From NCBI GenBank assembly GCA_964019425.1, contig OZ025803.1, positions 620,001 through 684,000 of the forward strand: DNA of 64,000 nucleotides, written 5' to 3'. The translations under genes were made by a program, and so were the position numbers. Origin of the DNA: Flectonema sp. DT1601 (Eukaryota). Positions 23,579 to 35,335 of the stretch are shown in pieces (position 1 is the first letter of the stretch; every line of letters starts with the position of its first letter). The notes under the pieces were generated by a model. The model did no database searches. It worked only from the letters and a program-made list of their open reading frames with translations, and was not told the DNA's origin.

Positions 23579-26533
23579 CTAATCGTAAACCACTCTAATA
23601 TTTTTATGATTAACAGGAATACGTTCATCAAATGCTCCACGAACAGGAGGTTCAGTTGGAGACCTCACATCGAGATCTGCAAAAGGAGTCAACGGAGTCG
23701 ATGCTAACGACCTTCTCCTAGTAGGAGTTGGTCGTGTAATTGTATTCTTGGGTATAGAATACCTACGACTTCTACTTGGAGGAGTAAGTGGAGACTGAAC
23801 AGGACTTACGATATCAACTAATGGTGAACTCCTTCTTCTTTTATCACTCAATGGTGATATAGGAACTCTAACATCAGGTAAAGGAGATGACGCTCTTCTT
23901 CTGTTAATATTCGGAGATCCTGACGCCATAGAACTTCTACGTGAGCTGCGAGATTCACTTCGTTTCCCAATTGGAGGAAGACCACCAACTGGAAACAAAC
24001 TCATCGAACTATTACCAAACACCGCTGGTAACGGAGGCGACACTATCCCATTTACATGATAAGGAGTTATAGGAGTCATTGGTGTTGATTTAGGAGGTGT
24101 GGTTTCTGATAATAATTCCTCCATTCCATCAAGACGACCAATGCACTCTTCATGAATAGAAGCGTCTCTTATCCTTGCTTCTCTACCAGTAATTAACACA
24201 ACTAAGAAAGCAATCAAATCAACTACTACTTTAATAACAAACACTACCATTGCAACTTGTAACACAGTTAAACTAATTGAAAACGCTACGTGATCTCTAT
24301 CTTCACTGTAGAATCCAACAGCCGCAAGAAGCAATGCAGTTGTTTTGAACCCAGCTAGTATAAGTTCAGCTACTTGGTCTTTTACTCTTCTGTAAGGTTT
24401 CTTTTTTATCAATATCGTAGTGTAGGCTATGGTAAACAGACACATCGTAACCCGAATATGTCCACACACAATCATGCTAGGTGACGTTATGGCAGATGCT
24501 GCTGCAAGAAGACAGGCTAAAACATATTTCAACAAAAGACCATAAGGAGCTTTATCAGTAAATCGATTATACAACAATCCGTATCTGTCTAGGTATGCAA
24601 CAGGGTTAGCGGGAGAAGTATCAACCCACTCGTGTGTACCTAAAAAGAACATAACTACACCGTGAAAAGGGTATTTTTTATGATCAAAAGTGTAGTTGCT
24701 TTTAGCGTTTGCTACCGACGAAACTTTCCAGATTACAGCCGGGGCTATTCCCATGAAAAATAAAACATTTAATGCACAAACTGGAAACCAACTAAACCTT
24801 CCATTTTGGATGGAATAAAATGTAGAGAAAACTCCGCCAGTCAACAAAAAGAATGAGAGGTAAAGAGGAGCTGCTGGTAACGCAAAGAATCCCTGGACGC
24901 AATAAATATTGTACGAAGTAAGCGAGCTGACCAATCTAGAAAGAATTATAGCAAGGACAATACAGCTGATAGCAAGTGTAATATTAACCACGAGACAACC
25001 AATGATGTCACTGTCGAGTATGCGAATTGCCGTAGGGTGTAATACTCTGGTGAGACCAAACTCGTATTCTGTTGTACAGTCTAAGGCTAATACTGCTAAG
25101 CTTCCTGCTTCAATAGGACTTCCAGAAAGCAGTCCGGGTAAAGCTGTTGCTGTTGCTAAGTCTTGTACGCTGTCTCTGTGTTCTTCAACTTTTGACTTTT
25201 CTTTTCCCGGAACAGATAGAGTCGCTACCTCACTTACTACCTTTCTCCCAGACTGGACGGCACAGGATTTCAGCTCAGCCTGAAACATCTGTTCTGAGAT
25301 CGTCCTCAGATTATTCTCTGGAGTCTTTATAACAGCGTGTGCTTCTAAGTTTGTGTTATTCTCAATGCGTAACACCTCCAACACTACACCAGAGGTACTT
25401 TTTACAGAAACACATCCTGCTGTCACATTATTAATAAGGTTGTCTCCAGTAATCCGAATTGCTATTTCAGTTTCGTGTTTGCCAACACCAGAAACTGAAA
25501 CCTGAAGGCTAGGAGGAGGGGCGGGAGTCCCACCAGAAAGATTCACAGGAACAAGTGTTCGAATGGGTGGCGAGTTAGTAGCAGAAGGCAAATTAGTCTG
25601 CACAACCGCTGGGGCTAGTGTTGATGGTTTGTTTGTCGGAACCCCCGTTGGCATGGCAGTTGGCTGAACTGTAGGTGCAATCGGTGCTGCTGTTGGTAGT
25701 GCTGTTGGCACTGAGGTTGGAACTGATGTTGGAATCAAGGTAGGCACTGCAGTGGGTACCATAGTAGGCACCCCAGTAGGTAGTGAAGTAGGAACCGCCG
25801 TTGGGATTGCTGTGGGCACTGCTGTTGGAATTGCCGTAGGGATTGCTGTGGGCACTGCAGTGGGGATGGCTGTTGGAATCGCTGTAGGGACTGCGGTAGG
25901 TATTGCCGTAGGGATTGCTGTTGGAATTGCCGTGGGCACCGCTGTTGGGATTGCTGTTGGAACCGCCGTGGGTACCGCGGTAGGAATTGCCGTAGGGATC
26001 GCTGTTGGCACTGCTGTAGGCACTGCTGTTGGAATTGCCGTGGGTACAGCTGTTGGAATTGCCGTAGGTACTGCTGTGGGTACTGCTGTTGGGATTGCCG
26101 TCGGGACTGCTGTGGGCACCAGAGTTGGAACCAGTGTCGGTATTGCAGTCGGTACTGAAGTGAGCGGAATAGGTGTCGTTGGCACAGTTGGAGCAGACGT
26201 AGTTGGCAAACTTGGAGCAGATGTCGCTGGAGTAGTTGGCACTGCTGTTGCTACAACACAACACTCTGTATCAACACAAGGATTTGATGCACAAAATATT
26301 GGAAACCTAGTCTTTGGATTACCAACAGTGCAAGTGTGTGATTCACACGTCAATGTACATGTATGAGATATCCACGGTCGGAAGCAACCACCAGCACACG
26401 TATACCCAGAATTACAAGTACACGTTACATCTGGTGGATCGCTCATATCATTCTCAATACACGATGAGTTTGGTGAACAAAGGCCGCATTGTGATATCGC
26501 AACTGATACGAGAATAGCAAGTCCTGCCAACAT
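23579..26533 (-). CDS. Surface/membrane protein: signal peptide, Cys-rich EGF-like head, PT-repeat stalk, multi-pass transmembrane region, Ser/Pro/Arg-rich tail
   Basis: 984-aa ORF with a hydrophobic N-terminus, Cys-rich first ~95 aa, (PTAV/PTAI)n repeats, and about 8-9 hydrophobic segments in the C-terminal half. Confidence 0.8.
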   Translation of the reverse strand: MLAGLAILVSVAISQCGLCSPNSSCIENDMSDPPDVTCTCNSGYTCAGGCFRPWISHTCTLTCESHTCTVGNPKTRFPIFCASNPCVDTECCVVATAVPTTPATSAPSLPTTSAPTVPTTPIPLTSVPTAIPTLVPTLVPTAVPTAIPTAVPTAVPTAIPTAVPTAIPTAVPTAVPTAIPTAIPTAVPTAVPTAIPTAVPTAIPTAIPTAIPTAVPTAIPTAIPTAVPTAIPTAIPTAVPTAIPTAVPTSLPTGVPTMVPTAVPTLIPTSVPTSVPTALPTAAPIAPTVQPTAMPTGVPTNKPSTLAPAVVQTNLPSATNSPPIRTLVPVNLSGGTPAPPPSLQVSVSGVGKHETEIAIRITGDNLINNVTAGCVSVKSTSGVVLEVLRIENNTNLEAHAVIKTPENNLRTISEQMFQAELKSCAVQSGRKVVSEVATLSVPGKEKSKVEEHRDSVQDLATATALPGLLSGSPIEAGSLAVLALDCTTEYEFGLTRVLHPTAIRILDSDIIGCLVVNITLAISCIVLAIILSRLVSSLTSYNIYCVQGFFALPAAPLYLSFFLLTGGVFSTFYSIQNGRFSWFPVCALNVLFFMGIAPAVIWKVSSVANAKSNYTFDHKKYPFHGVVMFFLGTHEWVDTSPANPVAYLDRYGLLYNRFTDKAPYGLLLKYVLACLLAAASAITSPSMIVCGHIRVTMCLFTIAYTTILIKKKPYRRVKDQVAELILAGFKTTALLLAAVGFYSEDRDHVAFSISLTVLQVAMVVFVIKVVVDLIAFLVVLITGREARIRDASIHEECIGRLDGMEELLSETTPPKSTPMTPITPYHVNGIVSPPLPAVFGNSSMSLFPVGGLPPIGKRSESRSSRRSSMASGSPNINRRRASSPLPDVRVPISPLSDKRRRSSPLVDIVSPVQSPLTPPSRSRRYSIPKNTITRPTPTRRRSLASTPLTPFADLDVRSPTEPPVRGAFDERIPVNHKNIRVVYD
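25750..26160 (-). repeat. Coding 12-bp tandem repeat encoding PTAV/PTAI (PT repeat, roughly 30 units)
   Basis: Visible in translation. Synonymous positions vary between units. Confidence 0.95.
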
Positions 26534-27020
26534 CTATGTGTAGTTCTGAAGAGGAGGGTGATATTTAATAATTGATTTACTGATCTCAAAGCGGAGGCTA
26601 AACTCCAACACAACTCGCAACAACATCAAATCATATTCGTATCCTAAGAAATAAATAACTATTACTGAAGATGTGATCATAAACTCTTATGATTGTACCA
26701 GACGAGGGTCACACTTTGCAAGTTGGGTGCTCCTAACGAAGCATGCACCTCATTGCTGTCCCTCCAGTGGTTCGGTTAAAGTACCGTGGGAGATATGTAC
26801 TTTCTGTTTCGTTGTCAACTTCGTTAATAAGTTCTACCAAACCAGATTTCAAGGCGTGTGGAGGGAAAATAACCGGCTTGTGTATGGCGATAGTAGCGTA
26901 GGCCGTCGACCTCCTAATAAAGATCAGCATCTTGTATCTCAGTATGGTGTCTTACTGACTAGACCGTCGAGGTCATCGATTCGGTTCAGCAACCGTTCCT
27001 CTTCCATATCAGATTTGTGA

Positions 27021-29343
27021 CTACCGAATTCGTAGGTTTTCATTCAGAAGAGTCATCCGTCTGGCGGCTTCGCTAAACACCCGCAAACGGGTCGAAGACA
27101 AGGGACTCGTTAAGACTTGAGTATTCTGTTGGATAAAATCGTCAATAACACTCACTGGTCCAAATAACAAATGTCCATAAATTGAAATCTCCGGACAGTA
27201 ATTAAGAAGTGCATCAAGAACGATGACAGTGTGTGTAAAGCACTCTTGAAGTGGTGCTAATTCTGTAGGTTGAGATATTACCTTTTCCATAATAATTACG
27301 AGGTTAGAAGCTTGTTCTGCGATCCTAAAAAAACACATGTAGCTCATTTGACTTCTCATCTCATCTGTTTCTTGTTGGTTATCAGATGTTTCCTTTTCTG
27401 TATGAACAGACTCATTGTTATTTTCATCCATTTTAGGACGTCTTCTCGCAGGTGAGTCTCCAGCAGTTCTGGAGCTCTTCCCACTGGGAGATCGCGAGGC
27501 GTCCTTATGAACTTCATCTTCTCCCTCTTCTCTCGCGAATATCGCATTTCGGAAAGTTTTGTACTCCGGTTCCTGTATATTATTCTTTTATTCAATGTAA
27601 TTCATTGATATATAATTATCTTATCCCGATAAAATGAACTAACGTACCTTAAGAACCGATCCCATGAAAAATGCTATTTGCATTGCGGTGTTTAAGGCTC
27701 TGGTTGTTTATTTTTTTTATTTTTTTGTTCTGACAGTAACTTCATTAAATATAGATATTAAAAACATACTCTTGATCAACAGTAAATGGCAGTCCACTAT
27801 CACCAGGTCGGTGGGATGTAATTTTTCGAGCAGTTGCGTTTATACCACCTTCAGACCTAACACTGAGATCCTGAACTAATTTCAAAGCAATGCCAGCATC
27901 ATTAAGAGCAAGTCTATATATCTGGCGATAAGAATGCTCACATCGAATATGTGGAAACAATCCCTCAATCGCCGCAGCTGCAGTCTGGTTGGTTGGGGGA
28001 GGCAGGACAGAAAACCCTTTTATTGCAGTCATAAGTAACTGCAACAACCGTTTATTTGGACCTCGTTTTTCAGCATTTCGTACAAAGCCAACAGCTGCGA
28101 GGACGACAGAGATCAGAACTGGTGAGCATCTCGGTAATTCACTTTCAATAATATGAATTACTAACCCAGATATAGATTCTGGACTGTACTCTGCTTGTTT
28201 CAATAAGACAGGTCCAATACCACCACCTGCAAAGCACATCTTTCGACAAAGTACCAATGCTTCTCTCGATGATAGATGTATAGAGGAGAGTGATGATGTG
28301 ATGTTATTTTTAGTCGACGGGACTAACGTAGAAATACCAGACCAGGTGTCAATACCAACACACGATTGAGAAGGTTGATTCCCTCCAACAATAACAGGAT
28401 GAAACGCAACATGACAATGTTTTTCCAATAGATACCTGTGATGTTTTGGGTCAAGTCTCCCATTCTCTAAAACAGTGCTGCTGGTGATGACTTTATTTTT
28501 TGATCCTGGTTTTGAGAGTGCCATGCCGACGATTTCTTCATCTTCCGTGTGAGGGATTCCCTCATGTTCATTTAAAGAAGATAGATCGACATGCATGTCC
28601 CCTGAAAACACAACACTTTCGATACAGGTAATCGCTTCTCCAGGTAATTCCAACGACATTAAAGTTAACAAGATATCAACAGAAGGTGGAATTACTCGTC
28701 TCAAATCATCAACCGAACGCTCATTTCTATCGCAAATCAACAACAGCAACGCTCCGTAAACTCCACAGAGAGAACCTCCAGTGCTGAGAGTTTCTGATAA
28801 TACAGAAGTTAGTAATTGCACGTACTCACTACTTGTGTTGGGTGTTTTAGAAGGAGAAACAGAAACAGTTTGTAACAAACTCAACGATGCCGAACATCTT
28901 TTATAAATTATTGAAACAGCACCTCTACTATACGACGAGTTGTTGTTATTTGTTAATACTACCGAACCACCACTTGAAGGTGAGTCAACTGTTCTGATAA
29001 AAGGTTTTCCTAATACCGAATTCGATGACACGGCAGCTTTTAAATGTTGGCTGGCAATGTTTGTTGATGAGTCCAGCAGCTGTTGATCTCTCAGAAGTTG
29101 TTTCTTTTGAAACTCTTCAAGCTGTGCTTTCAATGAGGAGTTTATTTGTGTAAGAGTTTTCAACTCGTTTCGATGTGCTGCAAGCTGTTGTTTTACTCCT
29201 TCTGTGACTTGATTTTGTTGGTTTCGTGGCGATGGTGATGGTGAAGGTGCCTGAACTTCCCTAACTACTCCTTCTTTAACATTTCCTTGAAATGCAAAAC
29301 TGTTCGTCGCTTGTCTCCAACCTCCTCGGCTGTCAGCCATCAA
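27021..29343 (-). CDS. Hypothetical protein (~725 aa) with N-terminal coiled coil and helical regions. Exons 27770-29343, 27648-27699, 27021-27572
   Basis: Two GT-AG introns (27700-27769, 27573-27647) join ORFs 27745..29343 and 27021..27431 in frame: ...TVDQE|ALNTAMQIAFFMGSVLK|EPEYKTFRNAIF...PKMDENN. Confidence 0.75.
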
Positions 29344-30050
29344 GAATCAGCTATAGTTATTCAAAATACCCAAAATGCAATACCACCTACTTCATTTGAT
29401 ATATTTGTATATTTAAGAAGGGGGGTATGCGTCAACTCTAACTGCATGAAGAAAGTATTACTTTAGAATCAAATTAATACGTCATTCGAAAAAAACATTC
29501 CCTTTTTTTTTTTCTTTTTTTTTTTTTTAACACGAGAAAAATTGACAATTTAACATGATTTTAAGCATAACCAGTGTTTGGACCTCTCTCAAAAGCAACA
29601 AAATTATGTCACAAAGAGTCCTTTTACTTAAGTACAAAAATTCAAGCGATTAAATAATTATAAAAAAAAACATAAAAAAAAGACGATAATGAAAAATAGA
29701 GAGGAAATTCTCTTTACGAGAATGAATAGAGGGGAAATAAATTAATGATAACGCTAGATAAACAATAGTTAAAAAATGCACTCAGATAAAGAGGAGGGAA
29801 TGGCGCCAGCACCGTTGAAGTGGAGGCGAAAAAAAACTAAACGAATTCAGGAAGAAGGTTATGGGTTCCTGTTGACAAAAAAGTTGGGATTCCACTCTTG
29901 GCAAGACAATCTCACAATAAATAATTCAGACATCAGCAAACGGGAGGTAGTATTGAACAGCTCTCAATGCCGCATAATATGAAAGACTTATTAAGAAATC
30001 AAAAGCCAAGAGTTCAGAATAAAGTTTTAAGAATCAAAAGCTAAACTGGC

Positions 30051-31301
30051 TTACCAAATAGCGCATCCGAATTTCCAGGTTCCAGACCCTGGAACTCCCT
30101 TTCCTCCGTGAACTCCAATACAACGTCTCTTGTATGAAACAAACTCACCAGTCAGAGGGTGTGCTAACCAAGTGTAGGAAGTCAATCTGTTTAAGTTTGG
30201 TCCAGCTGAGAGTACCTTCCAAAGATCCTCAAACCCGTTGAAGTTTGCCTGTCCGATGTTATTCATACAATCCATTCCAGGAGTTCTTCTGTCATCAAAG
30301 ATCGGAGCCTTCTTCCAATGGTCGTAGTTTGTCTCCAACACAAAGTATGAACCGTTCTGGAGTCTGGTGGAGAGGTCCCAAAAGTTCAACGGAGCAGTCG
30401 TATCTGGAGCACGAGTGACAACACTTCCCTGTCCAGGTTTGATACCACTCATTATGATGTATGATGGTCCAATACTTTTAAAAGAAGATACCTGCTGAAC
30501 TGCTGCCTCGTAAGTAGTGGCAGTCATCATAGCGTTTCTGGTAGCGAGAGTAAGAAGAGTTCCAGTGAAGTTAGTAGTCATCCACTTGAACAGGTATTTG
30601 TCGAAGTTGTCATCGAATCTGCTGTCAACTGTAAGTCCGAAGGCACCACCCTTTGAAGCAGTGAGGATACCAATGTAACCTGCGAATTGTGTGGAGTTGA
30701 AGATAGTGACGCCGTTTTTCTGGAAGCTCGCTGTAAAGAGAAGAGGACGAAGAGCTTCAGTGAGTTCCCACTCGCCAGGGAAACCACCTTCTCCGTCAGT
30801 CCAGTTGTATCCCGAGAACAATCCAAAGTCAAGGTTACGTCCGTGGTAGATTCTGCCGTCGGCGTCCTGTGCAACAATGCTGGTGCACAGACCCTCGATT
30901 TCATAGACTGCTTGAATGATGGTAGCATACCCGATATCGAGGTCGGCATACTTTGCAACTCCGCGAATCTCACCAGCGTACTCATCACCGATCTTTTCCA
31001 ACAGTCTGTAGTGGTCGAGGTCAAGGTACTCCTTCACCAAGTGACCAAGTTTGGTGTTTGGTCCTCCAACAGAGTGATTCAAGAATGTATTAATCAATGT
31101 GTGAATTCCAGTCTTGTAAGTAGCGCTGATCTCAGCCCATCTCTCCTCTGGGTTGAGGTCGAGGTTAATGTTGTAGTGAGGCATCGTCATATTCTGCAGA
31201 GTCGGTGGGTAAGTAGTCGGGTACTTATCCATGTTGCATTTCTCCCCTGGTAGGGCCACGGCGAGTAGTGGGAGCGCGCATAGCGTTGCAAATTTCATCA
31301 T
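30051..31301 (-). CDS. Acid ceramidase / NAAA-family Ntn hydrolase precursor
   Basis: Signal peptide; INLDL.PEERW; autocleavage nucleophile motif CTSIVAQD..G.IYHGRNLDFG; LETNYDHWK..P.FDDRRTPG..C; and the FAGYIGILT motif. Confidence 0.92.
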   Translation of the reverse strand: MMKFATLCALPLLAVALPGEKCNMDKYPTTYPPTLQNMTMPHYNINLDLNPEERWAEISATYKTGIHTLINTFLNHSVGGPNTKLGHLVKEYLDLDHYRLLEKIGDEYAGEIRGVAKYADLDIGYATIIQAVYEIEGLCTSIVAQDADGRIYHGRNLDFGLFSGYNWTDGEGGFPGEWELTEALRPLLFTASFQKNGVTIFNSTQFAGYIGILTASKGGAFGLTVDSRFDDNFDKYLFKWMTTNFTGTLLTLATRNAMMTATTYEAAVQQVSSFKSIGPSYIIMSGIKPGQGSVVTRAPDTTAPLNFWDLSTRLQNGSYFVLETNYDHWKKAPIFDDRRTPGMDCMNNIGQANFNGFEDLWKVLSAGPNLNRLTSYTWLAHPLTGEFVSYKRRCIGVHGGKGVPGSGTWKFGCAIW

Positions 31302-31658
31302 TTTTCTTTAATATTCTGTAGTGACAGCAATAAATATTAATAACTGATGAGAAGATGAATAGCAGGAGACATCCAAACCGATCTTGTTCACAAATAACAC
31401 GCCAACACAAACAACAAAAAAAAGAAAAAAAGCGATCCCGGCCTCGAAGATAACAGTCGAAAGGAAAGTATTCCTTCCGCTGATGAAACCAAATATAGAA
31501 AAGTAAAGAAACCGAAAATTGAATATCAACAGAATGTAAATTCTATCTTTTATTAAAAAACACCTTTCAGGATTTGTACGATGCGTATCACGTGAAAACG
31601 TGATAAATATTTATCCCTCTGTAGGAACCTAACACTAACCAGTCTTGTCATCACGTTG

Positions 31659-32906
31659 CTATTTATGGGTTTGTTTTCGAGACCTTCGTGTTTTAGTGTA
31701 CTTTTCAAAGAGTGCTTCATCGGATATTGAATTAATAGAACTACTCTCCTTATTACTTTTATGAAAGCTTAGATTAATAACAACTTCACCTAATAAATTA
31801 AATTCATCAGTGACTACTGATACGGGTATCATTGTTTTCTCCTGAATACAGATAGCGACTGTTTTACAAGATGACGTAAGACGATAGTCAGATATGGATT
31901 CGTCGAATAGAGCCGGTAGTAAATACGAAACAAGAATTCCTTTCAAATCGTCAATTTCCATACCAAAAAGAAGAGCTGCTGCGGAGTTAGCAAATAACAC
32001 AACACCACTTGTCGAAGCAACAATGCAACTGTTATTCTGTAGTGAGTTGAGGTAGCAACGTAGGTCTTCTGGAAGTGTGCCTGTCGGTTGGATCTTTCTA
32101 AGTTTGAGTAAGTATTTTAATAACGTTCCGGGAGTCCTACTCGCAGAACCCTCAAAAAAATGAGTCAAAGTAGGATCAGATAAATCAACAGATTTCCATA
32201 ATTGTTTTGTTGTCTGTTCCAAGAGACCGATCACAGCTTTCGGATCATCGATGCCTTCAAGTGATAATATTCTCAAAAGCGGTTTTCCCATCGCAACCCC
32301 CAAAAGTGAGACCCCATTAGCCGATATCGACTCTACGATAAGTTCATGATTTATTGTAATCACAATAGCATCTTTAGTGACTGCGTTAGTTCGAAAACTA
32401 CTCACACTTGACGCTATCGATTGTGAAGAACTCGATGAAATAAGACTCGATCTCGAGGGTTCTTTTAATACATTCATTGGAAGTAGAGGTATTATTGGTA
32501 TACACTGACAGTCTAACAGGACTACAGCTATGTACATTATTCCTTTATCACTTCTCATTGAAGTGACCTTACAAGATGCACCCATTGACATTTCTCCTTT
32601 TTCATACGGATAGCACATTACTCTAAAGCTGTCAGCGCAAAGATCTTCGTACCCTTCGTTGTCAGGTTTTGTTATTGACATTATGGTTCCTATCTTGTCG
32701 CCTATGTAAACGTGTTCTGTTGGAAATCCCCATGCAGTCACTCCCTCATTGTTTATAAATAGTAGTTCCCCTTTCTCCCCCCAAACTACAATTGGAGTCT
32801 TGACATATTTTAAAATCGATAGCTGTTCGGTACAGACGAGTTCATTAGTGCTCATTCGGTACACACGACTGCTATCAGCTGCTGCCGATGAGGTTCCACA
32901 TCCCAT
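31659..32906 (-). CDS. Putatively acylated PAS-domain protein
   Basis: MGCGTSS dual-acylation-like N-terminus. PAS-like segments TPIVVWGEKGELLFINNEG...WGF and SCIVASTSGVVLFANSAAALLFGM..DDLKG..VSYLLP. Confidence 0.7.
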   Translation of the reverse strand: MGCGTSSAAADSSRVYRMSTNELVCTEQLSILKYVKTPIVVWGEKGELLFINNEGVTAWGFPTEHVYIGDKIGTIMSITKPDNEGYEDLCADSFRVMCYPYEKGEMSMGASCKVTSMRSDKGIMYIAVVLLDCQCIPIIPLLPMNVLKEPSRSSLISSSSSQSIASSVSSFRTNAVTKDAIVITINHELIVESISANGVSLLGVAMGKPLLRILSLEGIDDPKAVIGLLEQTTKQLWKSVDLSDPTLTHFFEGSASRTPGTLLKYLLKLRKIQPTGTLPEDLRCYLNSLQNNSCIVASTSGVVLFANSAAALLFGMEIDDLKGILVSYLLPALFDESISDYRLTSSCKTVAICIQEKTMIPVSVVTDEFNLLGEVVINLSFHKSNKESSSINSISDEALFEKYTKTRRSRKQTHK

Positions 32907-33585
32907 GTGTCATGGGTAGCTGTGAATAATTTAACTTAATAAGGTTTTCTCTGCTGTTTTTTGAAGAGAAAAAAGTGATAATCCCCAAACCAATCGAATA
33001 CTTTACTTCACAATTGTCATACGGCGGAGATGACAGATATCACAGAGCAGAGACAGGGAACAGCTTCGTTTTTTTTTTTTTTTTTTTTTTTGTTCTTTCA
33101 ACACTTTTTTTCAATTTATTTCAAACCACAAGTGCTGTTTTTACACGAGCAGGGGAAACTCTTTCCCGGTTGTGATGCAAACGCAGCTGTTTTCCGATGT
33201 GAGAAACCTCTTTCGAATAGAGTCGCAGAGAGTAGATACAAAGAGTAGCTGATCGGCTTATTTATTTACTTTTTTTGTTTTTTTTCCTCGTCGCTGTTCC
33301 CCGTATTGCTGTTATCGGACGTTTTTTTTTTTTTTTTTTTAAAAGTTTTTTTTAAAAAACACGTTAGTGCTTTCCCAATGCAAAAAAGCACCAAAAAGAA
33401 GAACACAGAAAAGAGGAGGATACACCTCCAGTAATTGAGTAACAAATTTGGAAAATAATGTTGTGTGGTTGCTATGCTGACTAGCATACCAAGTACCACA
33501 GAAACAGTCACGGTGATTATTGATTTATTTTCAATAATCTCTCTGTCGATATTAAAAGATCGCTACGCATCAGTGAAAACTGTTA

Positions 33586-34617
33586 CTAGAATTCCATAGT
33601 CTTTTTGATAGACTCAACGAGTCTAGGAACAGAAGGAAGGTAGAATTCTTCATAAGCAAGAGGGAAGTGAGTATCGTATCCACACACTCTTTGAATAGGA
33701 GCTTCCAAATTAAGAAAACACCTTTCCTGAATTGACGATGAAAGTTCACCTCCAAATCCATTCGTGATTGGGGCTTCATGAGTGATGATACAGCGACCAG
33801 TTTTCTTTACAGAGTTTGTTACAGTTTCAACATCCCAAGGAACAATTGATTGTAAATCAATAACTTCTATTGAGTATCCCATCTTTTTTGCTTCGTCTGC
33901 TGCGTCTTCCATCCTCTGAACCTGAGTACCCCAACCGATCATTGTAATATCAGTACCTTCACGAACAATGTCTGCTTTGCCTATTTCAATTTCATATGGT
34001 TCTTCTGGTACCATACCTACTGCGTTTCTGTATAGCATTTTTGGCTCAAAAAACATGACAGGATCTCTTCTCTTTACAGCTGAGCGAAGAAGACCTTTTG
34101 CCTGATATGGTCCTCTTGGAACAACGATTATCAAACCAGGGCAGTGAGCGAAGTATGATTCAACTGATTGAGAGTGGTACATTGATCCGTGACCTACAGC
34201 ACTACATGGTGCTCTGATTACTAGACCTCCGACGTCCCAGTTCGATGCCGCCCTGTAGCGATATTTTGCAACTTCGTTAACGATTTGATCAAATGCTGGG
34301 AAAATATAATCTGCGAACTGAATCTCTGCTATTACGTCATAACCAGCGATGCATAACCCGACACCAAACGCAACTAATCCTTGTTCGTTAACTGGAGTAT
34401 TGAAAACTCGGTCATTACCAAATTCCTCTCTTAGTCCTGCAGCACATCTAAAGACTCCTCCGAAGGCTACGTCTTCACCAAATAGAACACTTCTTTTATT
34501 AGTTGCTAGTGCTTCTTTCATTCCTTCATTGATTGCAGTGCACATATTCATTTCAACCATTCCTTTAGTTGGGGTACTGCAATACCGCAATCCCGTGCGA
34601 AATCCTCTCGAAAGCAT
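33586..34617 (-). CDS. BCKDHB: Branched-chain 2-oxoacid dehydrogenase E1 beta subunit, mitochondrial
   Basis: FGEDVAFGGVFRC, RVFNTP, AEIQFADYIFPAFDQIVNEVAKYRYR, GHGSMYHSQS, LEAPIQRVCGYDT. Confidence 0.97.
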   Translation of the reverse strand: MLSRGFRTGLRYCSTPTKGMVEMNMCTAINEGMKEALATNKRSVLFGEDVAFGGVFRCAAGLREEFGNDRVFNTPVNEQGLVAFGVGLCIAGYDVIAEIQFADYIFPAFDQIVNEVAKYRYRAASNWDVGGLVIRAPCSAVGHGSMYHSQSVESYFAHCPGLIIVVPRGPYQAKGLLRSAVKRRDPVMFFEPKMLYRNAVGMVPEEPYEIEIGKADIVREGTDITMIGWGTQVQRMEDAADEAKKMGYSIEVIDLQSIVPWDVETVTNSVKKTGRCIITHEAPITNGFGGELSSSIQERCFLNLEAPIQRVCGYDTHFPLAYEEFYLPSVPRLVESIKKTMEF

Positions 34618-35335
34618 TGTTTTTATGAGTCCTGTTTGTCAATCAAAAGACTTGTTAAGCAACTGTGGATGTGAAATTGTCTTTGTGCTGAAACTCCCTT
34701 GTTTTTTCCCTTATGGCATTTGCTGTCCACTGCTGTTATGTTAAACAAATTTAAATCATTTTTAAGGGGAATAGAGGAAAACCTTCTCCACTAACAATTC
34801 CTCAATTCTTTACCCCCAAGGGTGCGGGGCGTAAAGTCTCTCAAAAGACGGAAAAAGACAAAACGAAAGAAAGCTTATACATTGCGATAGAATTAAGCAA
34901 AATCTTAATTTAACCATCGTTGGTAATACACAGAAAATAACACCCAGAGCTGGAGCGACGATAACTCGGGATGAAGCAATTAGAAGGAAAAAAAACAGAT
35001 TTTACGATTTCGAACGTAAGGATTAAACCGGCATAGTTATACAGATCTAGAGTACCCCTTTTGTTGAAATACAAAAATAAAATAAAAAATAATATCGGAA
35101 TACAGCCTATTCGTTGGTATATAGTCGTTCTCTCACACTACACACGAGGGAGACCTTACCAATTCAGGACGTTACTTGCGAGTAGAGCATTATAGGTAGT
35201 TTATTATCATTCCTTTCTTCTTATTCGTTTTTAGTTTTCTTTTTTTTTTTCTCCGTAACCTTGGAAATTACGTGCGTTTGTAGTCATTTATTCATATGAT
35301 TTTTCTTTTATGTTTATTTTGTAAAAAAAAGAGGC

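Noticed and set aside
25593..26366. Alternative-frame and antisense repeat ORFs (GTAV/GIAV and NSNS types)
   Set aside because: By-products of the 12-bp PT repeat.
26940..27045. Short frame MKTYEFGSHKSDMEEERLLNRIDDLDGLVSKTPY overlapping the stop of the 27021-29343 gene
   Set aside because: Could reflect a frameshift or extra exon, but there is no convincing intron or slippery site and it is too short to support.
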